NCBI RefSeq assembly: GCF_047605025.1
Contig: NZ_JASGGO010000015.1
Span: forward strand, 2,970 to 66,969
From: Paracoccus sp. (in: a-proteobacteria)
GTDB taxonomy: Bacteria; Pseudomonadota; Alphaproteobacteria; Rhodobacterales; Rhodobacteraceae
Reading direction: 5' to 3'
DNA: 64,000 nt
Shown here: positions 1-8,771 of the stretch, one piece after another
Layout of the letters: each line of letters starts with the position of its first letter
How positions within the stretch are numbered: the first letter of the stretch is position 1
Program-made: the position numbers and the translations under genes
The notes under the pieces: generated by a model
Databases searched by the model: none
Told to the model about the DNA's origin: nothing
Seen by the model: only the letters and a program-made list of their open reading frames with translations

Positions 1-72
1 GTCGCCACCGCCCGCATAAAGCGTATTGGTTCCCGATGTCATGCGCAGGATGTCACTCTTCTCTGTCGGCAT
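1..72 (-). CDS. 5' end of an unidentified gene leaving the window (MPTEKSDILRMTSGTNTLYAGGGD...)
   Basis: ATG at 70-72 on the minus strand with GGAG (revcomp of 80-83) 7 nt upstream. Only 24 codons are visible, so no family call. Confidence 0.3.
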   Translation of the reverse strand, partial: MPTEKSDILRMTSGTNTLYAGGGD

Positions 73-370
73 TTCTTAACTCCAAGAAATAAATGTATTT
101 TATGCAACTGGCAGGTTGCGCATCGGATGGCCGGAGTGAGATCGTGCCGGCAGTCAATGGATGTGGTCTGAAGCTTAAGATACCGTTAAATTTCACGCAG
201 AATACACCCTTAAGGATGTATTTTAATTTATCAAATATCTCTAAAATTGTGTACATGACTGGATTGAGCCGCCGACGCAAGCAGCCGAGGCCGCAAGGTT
301 TTCCCCCTCGCACTTTCGGGAAGGCTTTGCTAAGAGGGCGCAATCCTTCGGGTTCCTGCCCGGAAGGGAC

Positions 371-455
371 GCGGGTGTGGCGAAATTGGCAGACGCACCA
401 GATTTAGGTTCTGGCGCCGCAAGGCGTGGGGGTTCAAGTCCCTTCACCCGCACCA
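371..455 (+). tRNA. tRNA-Leu (anticodon TAG)
   Basis: Cloverleaf folded by hand: acceptor GCGGGTG/CACCCGC, anticodon stem CCAGA/TCTGG with loop TTTAGGT. Long variable arm, T-loop TTCAAGT, encoded CCA. Confidence 0.93.
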
Positions 456-482
456 ATCGTTAAGATTCCACGAAAGCCGACC

Positions 483-2039
483 TCACAGGGCGCGAAAAAC
501 TGCCGGCAAGAGTTCGGGCAAGTCCTCGGCGATCAATCCGGGGCCGAACTCACGCGCCGCCTCGGCATGCAGCCAAGCCCCTTGTGCCGCCGATTCGAGG
601 GCGTCGAAGCCCCGCGCCAGAAGCCCGGCCAAAATCCCCGCCAGCACATCGCCCGAGCCTGCCGTGGCAAGCCAGGGCGCGGCCTGAAGCCCGGTCGCGG
701 CGGCGACGGCCACCCGGCCCTCGGGGGTCGAAATCACCGTATCCGGCCCTTTCAGAAGCACCGTCGCGCCCGCCCGCGCGGCCGCCATCCGCACCAGATC
801 CACCCGCGACATGGCCGGCCCCTTGGCGGACTGATCGCGCAGGACCCGACCCAGATCGGGAAAAAGCCGGGCAAATTCTCCTTCATGCGGGGTCAGCACG
901 GCCCTGCGGTGCATCTGCGCGAAAAGCGCGTCCGGCCCATCCGCAAAGGCGGTCAGCGCATCGGCGTCCAGCACGACCGCGCGGCCAGAACGCAGCGCCT
1001 CGGGGACCAGGCTGCGCGCACGCTCCAGCCCCAGGCCCGGCCCCAGGCACAGCGCGTTCAGGCGCGGATCGCGCAGAAGACGAGCCAGATCCTCGGCGCC
1101 CTCGACGCGGGACAGCATGATCGCATCCAGCCTTGCGGAATTTTCGGGCATTGCGGCGGCGGGACAGCCCAGCGTCACCAATCCCGCGCCGCTGCGCAAG
1201 GCGGCGCGCGCGGCCAGCCGGGCAGCCCCCCCTTTCGCCGGCCCGCCAGCCACGGCCAGCACATGGCCGTGGCTGTATTTGTGCCCCGCCCGCTTCAGCA
1301 GCGCCGGGCCCGGACCCGCCTCTGGCACGCAATCCCCCGCCGCCGCCTGCCAGGGTTCAAGGCCGATGTCGCAGACCACGATCTCGCCTCCCAAGGCACC
1401 GCCATCGGCCAGCACATGGCCCAGCTTGCGGCGGTGGAAGGTCAGTGTCAGCGCCGCCTGGGGCAGGCGCTCATCCCCCAGGATGCGGCCGCTGCTGGCG
1501 CAGATGCCGCTGAGGATATCGACCGCCGCCAAGGGACAGCCCGAGGCCGAGATACCGCGCAAAAGTCCAGCGATCTCGGCAGTCAGGGGCCGGGTGATGC
1601 CGGTTCCGAACAGTGCATCGACGCAAAGCCCGATCGGCTTGCCGGCCCCCTCGCCCAGTCCCTGCGGCGCGGCCAAGCCGCCGATCGGCCCCTTCCACAG
1701 ATCGGCCGCGCCCCGCGCCTCGGGCGTCACGGGCGCGGCCAGGGCCGCGACCTGCACCGTCCAACCACGTTGCGACAGGTGGCGCGCGATCACATAGCCG
1801 TCGCCGCCATTATTGCCCGGCCCGCACAGAATCAGCGCCAATTCGCGCCCCTCGGCCATGGCCGGAAAGCGCGCGGCCAGCACCTGGGCCGCGGCGGCGC
1901 CCGCCCGCTCCATCAGGATGGCGCCGGTGACGGCGCCGCTGGCGATGGCCGCGCCCTCGACCTGGCGCATCTGCCGAGTCGTCAGGAACTCCCGCCCGGC
2001 ACCCCCGGATATTGCATATTTATTAGACTTTCTGCACAT
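483..2039 (-). CDS. nnr: Bifunctional NAD(P)H-hydrate repair enzyme (epimerase / ADP-dependent dehydratase, YjeF family)
   Basis: 518-aa ORF. N-terminal YjeF_N motif GPGNNGGDG; C-terminal kinase-like motifs GGPAKGGAARLA and ATAGSGDVLAG. The first ~11 codons are atypically AT-rich, so the start is uncertain. Confidence 0.88.
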   Translation of the reverse strand: MCRKSNKYAISGGAGREFLTTRQMRQVEGAAIASGAVTGAILMERAGAAAAQVLAARFPAMAEGRELALILCGPGNNGGDGYVIARHLSQRGWTVQVAALAAPVTPEARGAADLWKGPIGGLAAPQGLGEGAGKPIGLCVDALFGTGITRPLTAEIAGLLRGISASGCPLAAVDILSGICASSGRILGDERLPQAALTLTFHRRKLGHVLADGGALGGEIVVCDIGLEPWQAAAGDCVPEAGPGPALLKRAGHKYSHGHVLAVAGGPAKGGAARLAARAALRSGAGLVTLGCPAAAMPENSARLDAIMLSRVEGAEDLARLLRDPRLNALCLGPGLGLERARSLVPEALRSGRAVVLDADALTAFADGPDALFAQMHRRAVLTPHEGEFARLFPDLGRVLRDQSAKGPAMSRVDLVRMAAARAGATVLLKGPDTVISTPEGRVAVAAATGLQAAPWLATAGSGDVLAGILAGLLARGFDALESAAQGAWLHAEAAREFGPGLIAEDLPELLPAVFRAL

Positions 2040-2045
2040 AATTAA

Positions 2046-2498
<453 letters not shown>

Positions 2499-2584
2499 AA
2501 GGACTTCGGCCGCGCCGCGGCCTGTATGTAGTTTACCCACCCCGGCCGCGGCGGTCGGGCCGACTGAATGGAGGAAGGACCCCA

Positions 2585-3991
2585 ATGAAAGTCAAGGACG
2601 TTCTGGATCTGATGAAGGCGGAAGATGTCGAATATGTCGACGTTCGCTTCACCGATCCGAAAGGCAAGCTGCAACACGTGACGCTGGTGGCCGACCTGGT
2701 CGACGAGGATTTCTTTGAAGAAGGCTTCATGTTCGACGGCTCGTCCATCGCCGGCTGGAAGTCGATCGATCAGTCCGACATGAAGCTGATCCTGGACCCC
2801 GCCTCGGTCTATATCGACCCGTTCTATGCCGAAAAGACCCTTTGCGTGCATTGCAACGTGGTCGAGCCCGACACCGGCGAGCCCTATGCCCGCGACCCGC
2901 GCGGCACCGCGCTGAAGGCCGAGGCATATCTGAAATCCTCGGGCATCGGCGATGCGGCCTATTTCGGCCCGGAAGCCGAGTTCTTCCTGTTCGACGACGT
3001 GAAATACCAGATCAGCCCGCAAAAGGTCTCGTTCGAGATCGACTCGGTGGATGCCGCCTGGAACACCGACACCGCCTATGAGGACGGCAACCTGGGCCAC
3101 CGCGCGGCCCACAAGGGCGGCTATTTCCCGGTGAACCCCGTCGACGCCGCCCAGGACATCCGGGGCGAGATGCTGTCCACCATGAAGCGCATGGGCATCA
3201 AGGTCGACAAGCACCACCACGAGGTCGCCTCGGGCCAGCACGAGCTGGGCATGATCTTCGGCGGGCTGGTGCAGCAGGCCGACAACATCCAGAAATACAA
3301 ATACGTCATCCACAACGTCGCCGCCGCCTATGGCAAGTCGGCGACCTTCATGCCCAAGCCCATGAAGGGCGACAACGGCAGCGGCATGCACGTCAACATG
3401 TCGATCTGGAAGGACGGCAAGCCGCTGTTCGCGGGTGACAAATATGCCGACCTGTCGCAAGAGGCGCTGTATTTCATCGGCGGCATCCTGAAGCACGCCA
3501 AGGCGCTGAACGCGCTGACGAACCCCGCGACCAACAGCTACAAGCGCCTGATCCCCGGCTTCGAGGCCCCCGTCCTGCGCGCCTATTCGGCCCGCAACCG
3601 CTCGGGCTGCGTGCGTATTCCGTGGACCGAGTCGCCGAAAGCCAAGCGCGTCGAGGCCCGTTTCCCCGATCCGGCCGCGAACCCCTATCTGGCCTTCGCC
3701 GCCCTGCTGATGGCCGGCCTGGACGGGATCAAGAACAAGATCGATCCCGGCCCGGCCTCGGACAAGGATCTCTACGATCTGCCGCCGGAAGAACTGGCCG
3801 CGATCCCGACCGTCTGCGGCTCGCTTCGCGAGGCACTGGAAGAGCTGGAAAAAGACATGGACTTCCTGCTGGCGGGCGATGTCTTCACCAAGGATCAGCT
3901 TGAAGGCTACATCAAGCTGAAATGGGAAGAGGTCTATGCCTATGAGCATACGCCCCACCCGATCGAATATGCGATGTATTACAGCTGCTGA
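2585..3991 (+). CDS. glnA: Glutamine synthetase type I
   Basis: 468 aa with [26 protein letters not shown] and the adenylylation-site context KDLYDLP. Confidence 0.97.
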   Translation: MKVKDVLDLMKAEDVEYVDVRFTDPKGKLQHVTLVADLVDEDFFEEGFMFDGSSIAGWKSIDQSDMKLILDPASVYIDPFYAEKTLCVHCNVVEPDTGEPYARDPRGTALKAEAYLKSSGIGDAAYFGPEAEFFLFDDVKYQISPQKVSFEIDSVDAAWNTDTAYEDGNLGHRAAHKGGYFPVNPVDAAQDIRGEMLSTMKRMGIKVDKHHHEVASGQHELGMIFGGLVQQADNIQKYKYVIHNVAAAYGKSATFMPKPMKGDNGSGMHVNMSIWKDGKPLFAGDKYADLSQEALYFIGGILKHAKALNALTNPATNSYKRLIPGFEAPVLRAYSARNRSGCVRIPWTESPKAKRVEARFPDPAANPYLAFAALLMAGLDGIKNKIDPGPASDKDLYDLPPEELAAIPTVCGSLREALEELEKDMDFLLAGDVFTKDQLEGYIKLKWEEVYAYEHTPHPIEYAMYYSC

Positions 3992-4013
3992 AAAAGCTGG
4001 GACAGTGATCTGA

Positions 4014-4043
4014 AAGCCGCCCCCTCCGGGGCGGCTTTTGTCG
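4014..4043 (+). terminator. Intrinsic terminator of glnBA
   Basis: 10-bp stem AAGCCGCCCC/GGGGCGGCTT with a 4-nt loop, followed by a T run, 23 nt after the glnA stop. Confidence 0.75.
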
Positions 4044-4475
4044 TTTCGGAGGCAGGGAATCACACGGGCCGTTTCCCCCGGATTCGGCCCTTCGGTCCGG
4101 AGCTTTTGCCGATCCTGACCAAAGGGACAGGTCGCTCACGCAGAAAGCTAACCAAAAGGTCAACTACACCTTTAACGGGAAGCATGGGATAAGGCCCATG
4201 TCGGTAGGCGGTTGCTGGTTGTGGTGTTAAGCGATTGTTTTGTTTGCCCCGACATAACCGGGCGAGTGTTGTGGTGGCGCTCGTCCGGTTGTCCCGTTCT
4301 TCCCCTTGATCTTCTGCCCGGAAGGCACGCCAGCGCGCGATGCCCCGTCCCGACCGACAGCCGGGAATTGCATCACTCCCAGACGCATTCGCTTGCCTTT
4401 TCGGCGTGAAAGCTTTCTCTGCCCTGCAAGGGCGGCTAATCTGCCGCCTCGCGACGAAACAGAAACGAGGTTCGC

Positions 4476-5351
4476 ATGCAGGTCGTCTTTCATTGCGGGG
4501 TTCACGGCACCGACATGTTCCGCATGGTCAAGACCTTGATGCAGAACCGGGACTGGCTGCTGAAGAACGGGATCGAGCCGCTGACGCCCAACAGGCACCG
4601 CGATGTCTTCGGCGAGGCGCTGAGCGCCTTGCGCGGCGCCCCCGCCAGCCCCGAGATGGAGCAGGTGATGCTGGACGCGATCCTGGAATCCGACCATCCC
4701 GAGCGGATCATCTTCAGCACCCCCACCTTTCTGGGCAAGGCCGAGCGCGCGATTTCGCCAGAGGGGCTCTATGCCTCGGCCGGGGACCGGATGGCGGCGC
4801 TGGCGAACCTGTTTCCTTCGGCCGATGTCGAATTCTTCATGGCGTTGAAGAACCCGGCCACGCTTCTGCCCTTCGTCTTCTCGCAAGAGGGCAGCGGCGA
4901 CTATGCCAGGGTCATGGCCGGCATCCCGCCCGAGCGGCTACGCTGGGCGCCCGCCATCCGCCGGCTGCAAGCCGCGATTCCGGGGCGGCGGCTGGTGCTC
5001 TGGTGCCATGAGGACACGTCGCTGATCTGGCCCGAGGTGGTGCGCCGTATCGCCACCATGCCCAGCGACGTGCCGCTGAAAGCCGGCCTGCAAGTCCTGG
5101 CCGACATCCTTCGCCCCGAGGGCATCCAGATGATCCGCGACGAGATGGCCAAGCAGAGCCGCCTGACCGTCGAGACCCGGCGCGCGATCTTTTCCCGGGC
5201 CCTGGCGCAATACGCCCTGCCCGAGCAGATGGAGATCACCATCGCCCTGCCCGGCTGGACCCAGGATCTGGTCGATCAGATCAGCGATCTTTACGACGAG
5301 GACGTGGCCGAGATCGCGGCGCTGTCCGGCATCGAATTCATCACGCCCTGA
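4476..5351 (+). CDS. Hypothetical protein, 291 aa, no family recognised
   Basis: Long ORF with GC-rich third codon positions and an ATG start. Hairpins follow its stop. No motif I can name. Confidence 0.65.
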   Translation: MQVVFHCGVHGTDMFRMVKTLMQNRDWLLKNGIEPLTPNRHRDVFGEALSALRGAPASPEMEQVMLDAILESDHPERIIFSTPTFLGKAERAISPEGLYASAGDRMAALANLFPSADVEFFMALKNPATLLPFVFSQEGSGDYARVMAGIPPERLRWAPAIRRLQAAIPGRRLVLWCHEDTSLIWPEVVRRIATMPSDVPLKAGLQVLADILRPEGIQMIRDEMAKQSRLTVETRRAIFSRALAQYALPEQMEITIALPGWTQDLVDQISDLYDEDVAEIAALSGIEFITP

Positions 5352-5366
5352 GCGGGGGGGGGAAGT

Positions 5367-5400
5367 GGGGCCAAGACGGCCCCCTTCCGGCTTCGGAAGG
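5367..5400. terminator. Two adjacent GC hairpins between convergent genes (bidirectional terminator candidate)
   Basis: GGGGCC-aaga-CGGCCCC and CCTTCCG-gctt-CGGAAGG lie between the stops at 5351 (+) and 5412 (-). Confidence 0.5.
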
Positions 5401-5411
5401 CCCGGCCGGGA

Positions 5412-5663
5412 TCAGCCCATGCCCAGCGCGGCCTTATACATCTCCAGAATGGCCTCTTCCTCGGCGATGTCGTCCTTGTCGCGCTTGCGCAGCGCGATGA
5501 CCTTCTTCATCACCTTGGTGTCATAGCCGCGTGCCTTGGCCTCGGCCATCAGCTCTTTCTGCTGCTCGGTGATGTCCTTCTTTTCGCCTTCCAACTGCTC
5601 ATATTGTTCGATGAACTGGCGCAGCTCTCCGGCGGCGATGCCATAGGCGTTATCGTCTGACAT
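5412..5663 (-). CDS. DUF2312 / UPF0335 family small protein (83 aa)
   Basis: C-terminal part of the 279-aa track ORF. MSDDNAYGIAAGELRQFIEQYEQLEGEKKDI...YDTKVMKKVIALRKRD is the conserved alphaproteobacterial UPF0335 pattern. ATG at 5661-5663. Confidence 0.85.
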   Translation of the reverse strand: MSDDNAYGIAAGELRQFIEQYEQLEGEKKDITEQQKELMAEAKARGYDTKVMKKVIALRKRDKDDIAEEEAILEMYKAALGMG

Positions 5664-5756
5664 GTTCCGCTCCTTTGCCTTTGCCGCGCGGTCTAGGCGG
5701 TCTTGCGGGCGGGTGCAATCGCCGCTAGGGCCATGCGCAACGAGACGGAGGCAGGC

Positions 5757-5984
5757 ATGACGATCTGGGACGGGCTGATCTGGGGCGGAGCCGCGCTGAC
5801 CATGGCGGGGCTGGCCGCGCTGGTCTGGTGCATCGCGACGGCGGCCCGCGCCAAGCGCCGCGCCCTGGACGACGCGCAGATGCGCGCGGTCATGCGCCGG
5901 GTCGTGGTGGTGAACATGGCGGCACTGGGGGCCTCGGTCTTCGGGCTGATGTTCGTCGTGCTTGGCATCATGCTGGGGAAATAG
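5757..5984 (+). CDS. Small membrane protein (75 aa, two hydrophobic helices)
   Basis: ATG at 5757 with GGAG 6 nt upstream. Two hydrophobic stretches flank a basic loop. The stop is 1 nt before the dtd ATG. Confidence 0.55.
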   Translation: MTIWDGLIWGGAALTMAGLAALVWCIATAARAKRRALDDAQMRAVMRRVVVVNMAALGASVFGLMFVVLGIMLGK

Positions 5985-5985
5985 G

Positions 5986-6435
5986 ATGCGCGCGCTGATC
6001 CAACGCGTGCGCTCGGCCAGCGTCACCGTCGCGGACGAAATCGTCGGCCAATGCGGGCCAGGGCTGGCGATTTTGGTCTGCGCCATGCAGGGCGACCCCG
6101 ACGACGCGCCGCGAAAGCTTGCCGCGCGGATCGCCAGGCTGCGCATCTTTCGCGATGAGGCGGGCAAGATGAACCGCTCGGTCATGGATACCGGCGGCGG
6201 CGTGCTGGTCGTCAGCCAGTTCACCCTGGCCGCCGATACCCGCACCGGCAACCGCCCCGGCTTTTCCGCCGCCGAGGCGCCCGCGCGCGGCGAGGTGCTT
6301 TATCTGGCTTTCGCCCAGGCCCTGCGCGATCTGGGCCTGCCAGTCGAAACCGGCCGCTTCGGCGCCGAGATGCAGGTCGCCCTGGTCAATGACGGTCCGG
6401 TGACGATCTGGATGGATTCGACCGACCGCGCCTGA
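5986..6435 (+). CDS. dtd: D-aminoacyl-tRNA deacylase
   Basis: 149 aa. MRALIQRV...VSQFTL...GNRPGFS...NDGPVT are Dtd signature blocks. Confidence 0.93.
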   Translation: MRALIQRVRSASVTVADEIVGQCGPGLAILVCAMQGDPDDAPRKLAARIARLRIFRDEAGKMNRSVMDTGGGVLVVSQFTLAADTRTGNRPGFSAAEAPARGEVLYLAFAQALRDLGLPVETGRFGAEMQVALVNDGPVTIWMDSTDRA

Positions 6436-6664
6436 TCGTCCTTGACTTTTCGGCCCGATGGCCTCATTCCCGGCACGTTGCCGCCCGCTGCCGCGTGAGC
6501 AGCCGACGCGAATGCGCGTCAGGTCGGCACGATCTTTCCGGTTTCCCATTCACGCGGGGAGGCTTGCGGGCAAAGCGTATCGCGCCCGCCCCTCGCAACC
6601 AGCCGCCCGTGAGGCGGCGCCTTGTCATGCGCACCGATACGCGGGCGCATGGCCGAAAGATGAC

Positions 6665-8092
6665 ATGACGCAAGAAACCTCCCGCCCGAGCCGCTCGGGC
6701 AAGCCGAACCATCGCAACGAGGGCCGTGGCCCGAAACCCGCCTTCCGCGGCGGCAACGCCAAGCCCACCACCAATCACCGCCGCCACCGCGAGGAACCCG
6801 AGGAGAAATTCATCCGCCGGGCCATCCCCGATATCGACACGCCCTTCACCCGCATGGGCATCGATGCGCGCGTGGCGATCAACCTGCCGCCCATGGGGAT
6901 CGAAACCCCCTCGCCCATCCAAGAGAAGTCCATCCCCTCGATCGTCGAGGGGCGCGACATCATGGGCCTGGCACAGACCGGCACCGGCAAGACGGCGGCC
7001 TTCGGCCTGCCCATGCTGACCCGGCTGCTGAACATCGGCCGCAAGCCCGAACCCCGGACCTGCCGCGCGCTGATCCTGGCGCCGACCCGCGAATTGGCGA
7101 CCCAGATCGCCGAGAATATCGACGCCTATGCCGCCGGCACGCCGATCCGGCAGTTCCGCGTCGTGGGCGGCGCCTCGATCAACGTGCAGACCATGCGGAT
7201 GGAGCGCGGCGTCGATGTGCTGATCGCCACGCCCGGCCGCCTGATCGACCTGATCGCGCGCGGCGCGGTGGATCTGTCGCAGACGAAATATCTGGTGCTG
7301 GACGAGGCCGACCAGATGCTGGACATCGGGTTCATCCATGCCCTGCGCCGCATCGCGAAGCTGCTGCCGCGCGAACGTCAGACGCTGCTCTTCTCGGCCA
7401 CCATGCCAAAGCTGATGGAAGAGCTGGCCGAGAGCTACCTGACGAACCCCGTCAAAGTCGCGGTCAACCCGCCCGGCCAGGCCGCCGCCAAGATCGAGCA
7501 GGGCGTGCATTTCGTGAACCAGGGCGACAAGGCCACCCTGCTGGCCGAATACCTGGCCAAGCATCGCGATGAGCTTGCCATCGTCTTCGGCCGCACCAAG
7601 CACGGTTCGGAAAAGCTGTCGAAGCTGCTGGAGAAATGGGGCTACAAGGTCGCGGCGATCCACGGCAACAAGAGCCAGGGCCAGCGCGAGCGCGCTTTAG
7701 CGGGGTTCCGCGCGGGCGAAACCAAGGTGCTGGTGGCGACCGACGTGGCCGCGCGCGGCATCGACATCCCCGAAGTGGCGCATGTCTATAACTACGACCT
7801 GCCGAACGTGCCGGATCAATATGTCCACCGCATCGGGCGCACGGCCCGCGCCGGTCGCGACGGCCGCGCCATCGCCTTCTGCGCCCCCGCCGAGATCGGC
7901 GAATTGCGCGCCATTGAAAAGGCGATGAAATCGGCGATCACGGTCGTCGGCGGCGAGGCGCCCTTCGAGGCCGCCAAGATCCGCGAGCGCGGCGGTCCCG
8001 CCGGTCGCGGTGCCCCGGTCGGCGTGCAGGCGGCGCGCAAGCGTCCCGCCCGTCGCCCCTCGCGCGCGCCGAGATCGACCCAGAAGGCGTGA
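6665..8092 (+). CDS. DEAD-box ATP-dependent RNA helicase (RhlE-like) with basic N- and C-terminal extensions
   Basis: Motifs AQTGTGKTAAF, DEAD, SAT and HRIGRTARAG. Start taken at MTQETS (ATG 6665); about 230 nt of leader lies upstream. Confidence 0.92.
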   Translation: MTQETSRPSRSGKPNHRNEGRGPKPAFRGGNAKPTTNHRRHREEPEEKFIRRAIPDIDTPFTRMGIDARVAINLPPMGIETPSPIQEKSIPSIVEGRDIMGLAQTGTGKTAAFGLPMLTRLLNIGRKPEPRTCRALILAPTRELATQIAENIDAYAAGTPIRQFRVVGGASINVQTMRMERGVDVLIATPGRLIDLIARGAVDLSQTKYLVLDEADQMLDIGFIHALRRIAKLLPRERQTLLFSATMPKLMEELAESYLTNPVKVAVNPPGQAAAKIEQGVHFVNQGDKATLLAEYLAKHRDELAIVFGRTKHGSEKLSKLLEKWGYKVAAIHGNKSQGQRERALAGFRAGETKVLVATDVAARGIDIPEVAHVYNYDLPNVPDQYVHRIGRTARAGRDGRAIAFCAPAEIGELRAIEKAMKSAITVVGGEAPFEAAKIRERGGPAGRGAPVGVQAARKRPARRPSRAPRSTQKA

Positions 8093-8192
8093 TGTCGCCG
8101 GCCTGCCCGATCATGGGCAGGTCCCCCAAACGTGAGCCGCCGCCGCCATGCGGCGGCTTGCGGCCCTTGGCGCCAAGCGGCTATCTGCCCAT

Positions 8193-8771
8193 ATGGCCAA
8201 GCTTTATTTTCATTATTCCACGATGAACGCCGGCAAGAGCACGCTTTTGCTGCAAGCGTCCTATAACTATCGCGAACGGGGGATGCGCACGCTGCTGCTG
8301 ACCGCCGCGCTGGACGACCGCGCCGGGCCGGGGCGGATCGGCAGCCGCATCGGCATCTCTGAATCCGCCATGACCTTCACCCCCGAGACCGATCTTTTCG
8401 CACTGATCCGCGCGGCGGGCGCGGGCTGCGCCTGCATCTTCGTCGACGAGGCGCAATTTTTGACCCGCACCCAGGTCTGGCAGCTTGCCCGCGTGACCGA
8501 CGACCTGGGCCAGCCGGTGATGTGCTATGGGCTGCGCGTCGATTTCCGGGGCGAGATGTTTCCCGGCTCGGCCGCGCTTCTGGCCTGGGCCGACGACCTG
8601 CGCGAGGTTCGCACCATCTGCCATTGCGGGCGCAAGGCCACCATGGTCGTGCGCCAGGACGGCCAGGGCCGCGCGCTGCACGAGGGAGCGCAGGTCCAGA
8701 TCGGCGGCAATGAAACCTATGTCTCGCTCTGCCGCCGCCATTGGCGCGAAGCGATGGGAGAGATCGCATGA
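8193..8771 (+). CDS. tdk: Thymidine kinase
   Basis: [18 protein letters not shown]-loop, FVDEAQF, and C-terminal zinc ligands CHCG...CRRH. Confidence 0.9.
   Translation: MAKLYFHYSTMNAGKSTLLLQASYNYRERGMRTLLLTAALDDRAGPGRIGSRIGISESAMTFTPETDLFALIRAAGAGCACIFVDEAQFLTRTQVWQLARVTDDLGQPVMCYGLRVDFRGEMFPGSAALLAWADDLREVRTICHCGRKATMVVRQDGQGRALHEGAQVQIGGNETYVSLCRRHWREAMGEIA

Noticed and set aside
84-112. Possible dif (XerC/D) site: AGAAATAAATGTATTTTATGCAACTG resembles the ...ATAA-TGTATA-TTATG... core.
   Set aside because: Only the TTATG part of the XerD arm and a partial ATAA match. Both outer arms diverge (about 6/11 in the XerD arm), and the region is generally AT-rich, so chance similarity is likely.
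371-455. tRNA-Leu (and tRNA-Pro at 58016-58093) as genomic-island integration sites.
   Set aside because: No integrase, no direct repeat of the tRNA 3' end, and housekeeping genes (nnr, dcd-like) follow immediately.
426-2045. Long plus-strand ORF (539 aa) opposite nnr. Similar long shadow ORFs are at 2294-4063(-), 8181-9425(-), 10164-12524(-), 12349-13764(-), 26325-28322(+), 31248-33101(-), 32854-34857(-), 41001-42620(-), 47384-49033(+), 51051-53129(+), 53024-54217(-), 54443-55591(-), 58001-59242(-) and 61567-62943(+).
   Set aside because: Each lies antisense to, or out of frame with, a gene with unmistakable family motifs. Their translations are Arg/Gly/Pro/Ala-rich low-complexity strings typical of stop-poor frames in high-GC DNA, and none has a recognisable motif or SD.
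3992-4043. A GlnZ-like sRNA processed from the glnA 3' UTR.
   Set aside because: The 3' UTR is only ~50 nt and consists essentially of the terminator hairpin, with no room for a seed region upstream of it.
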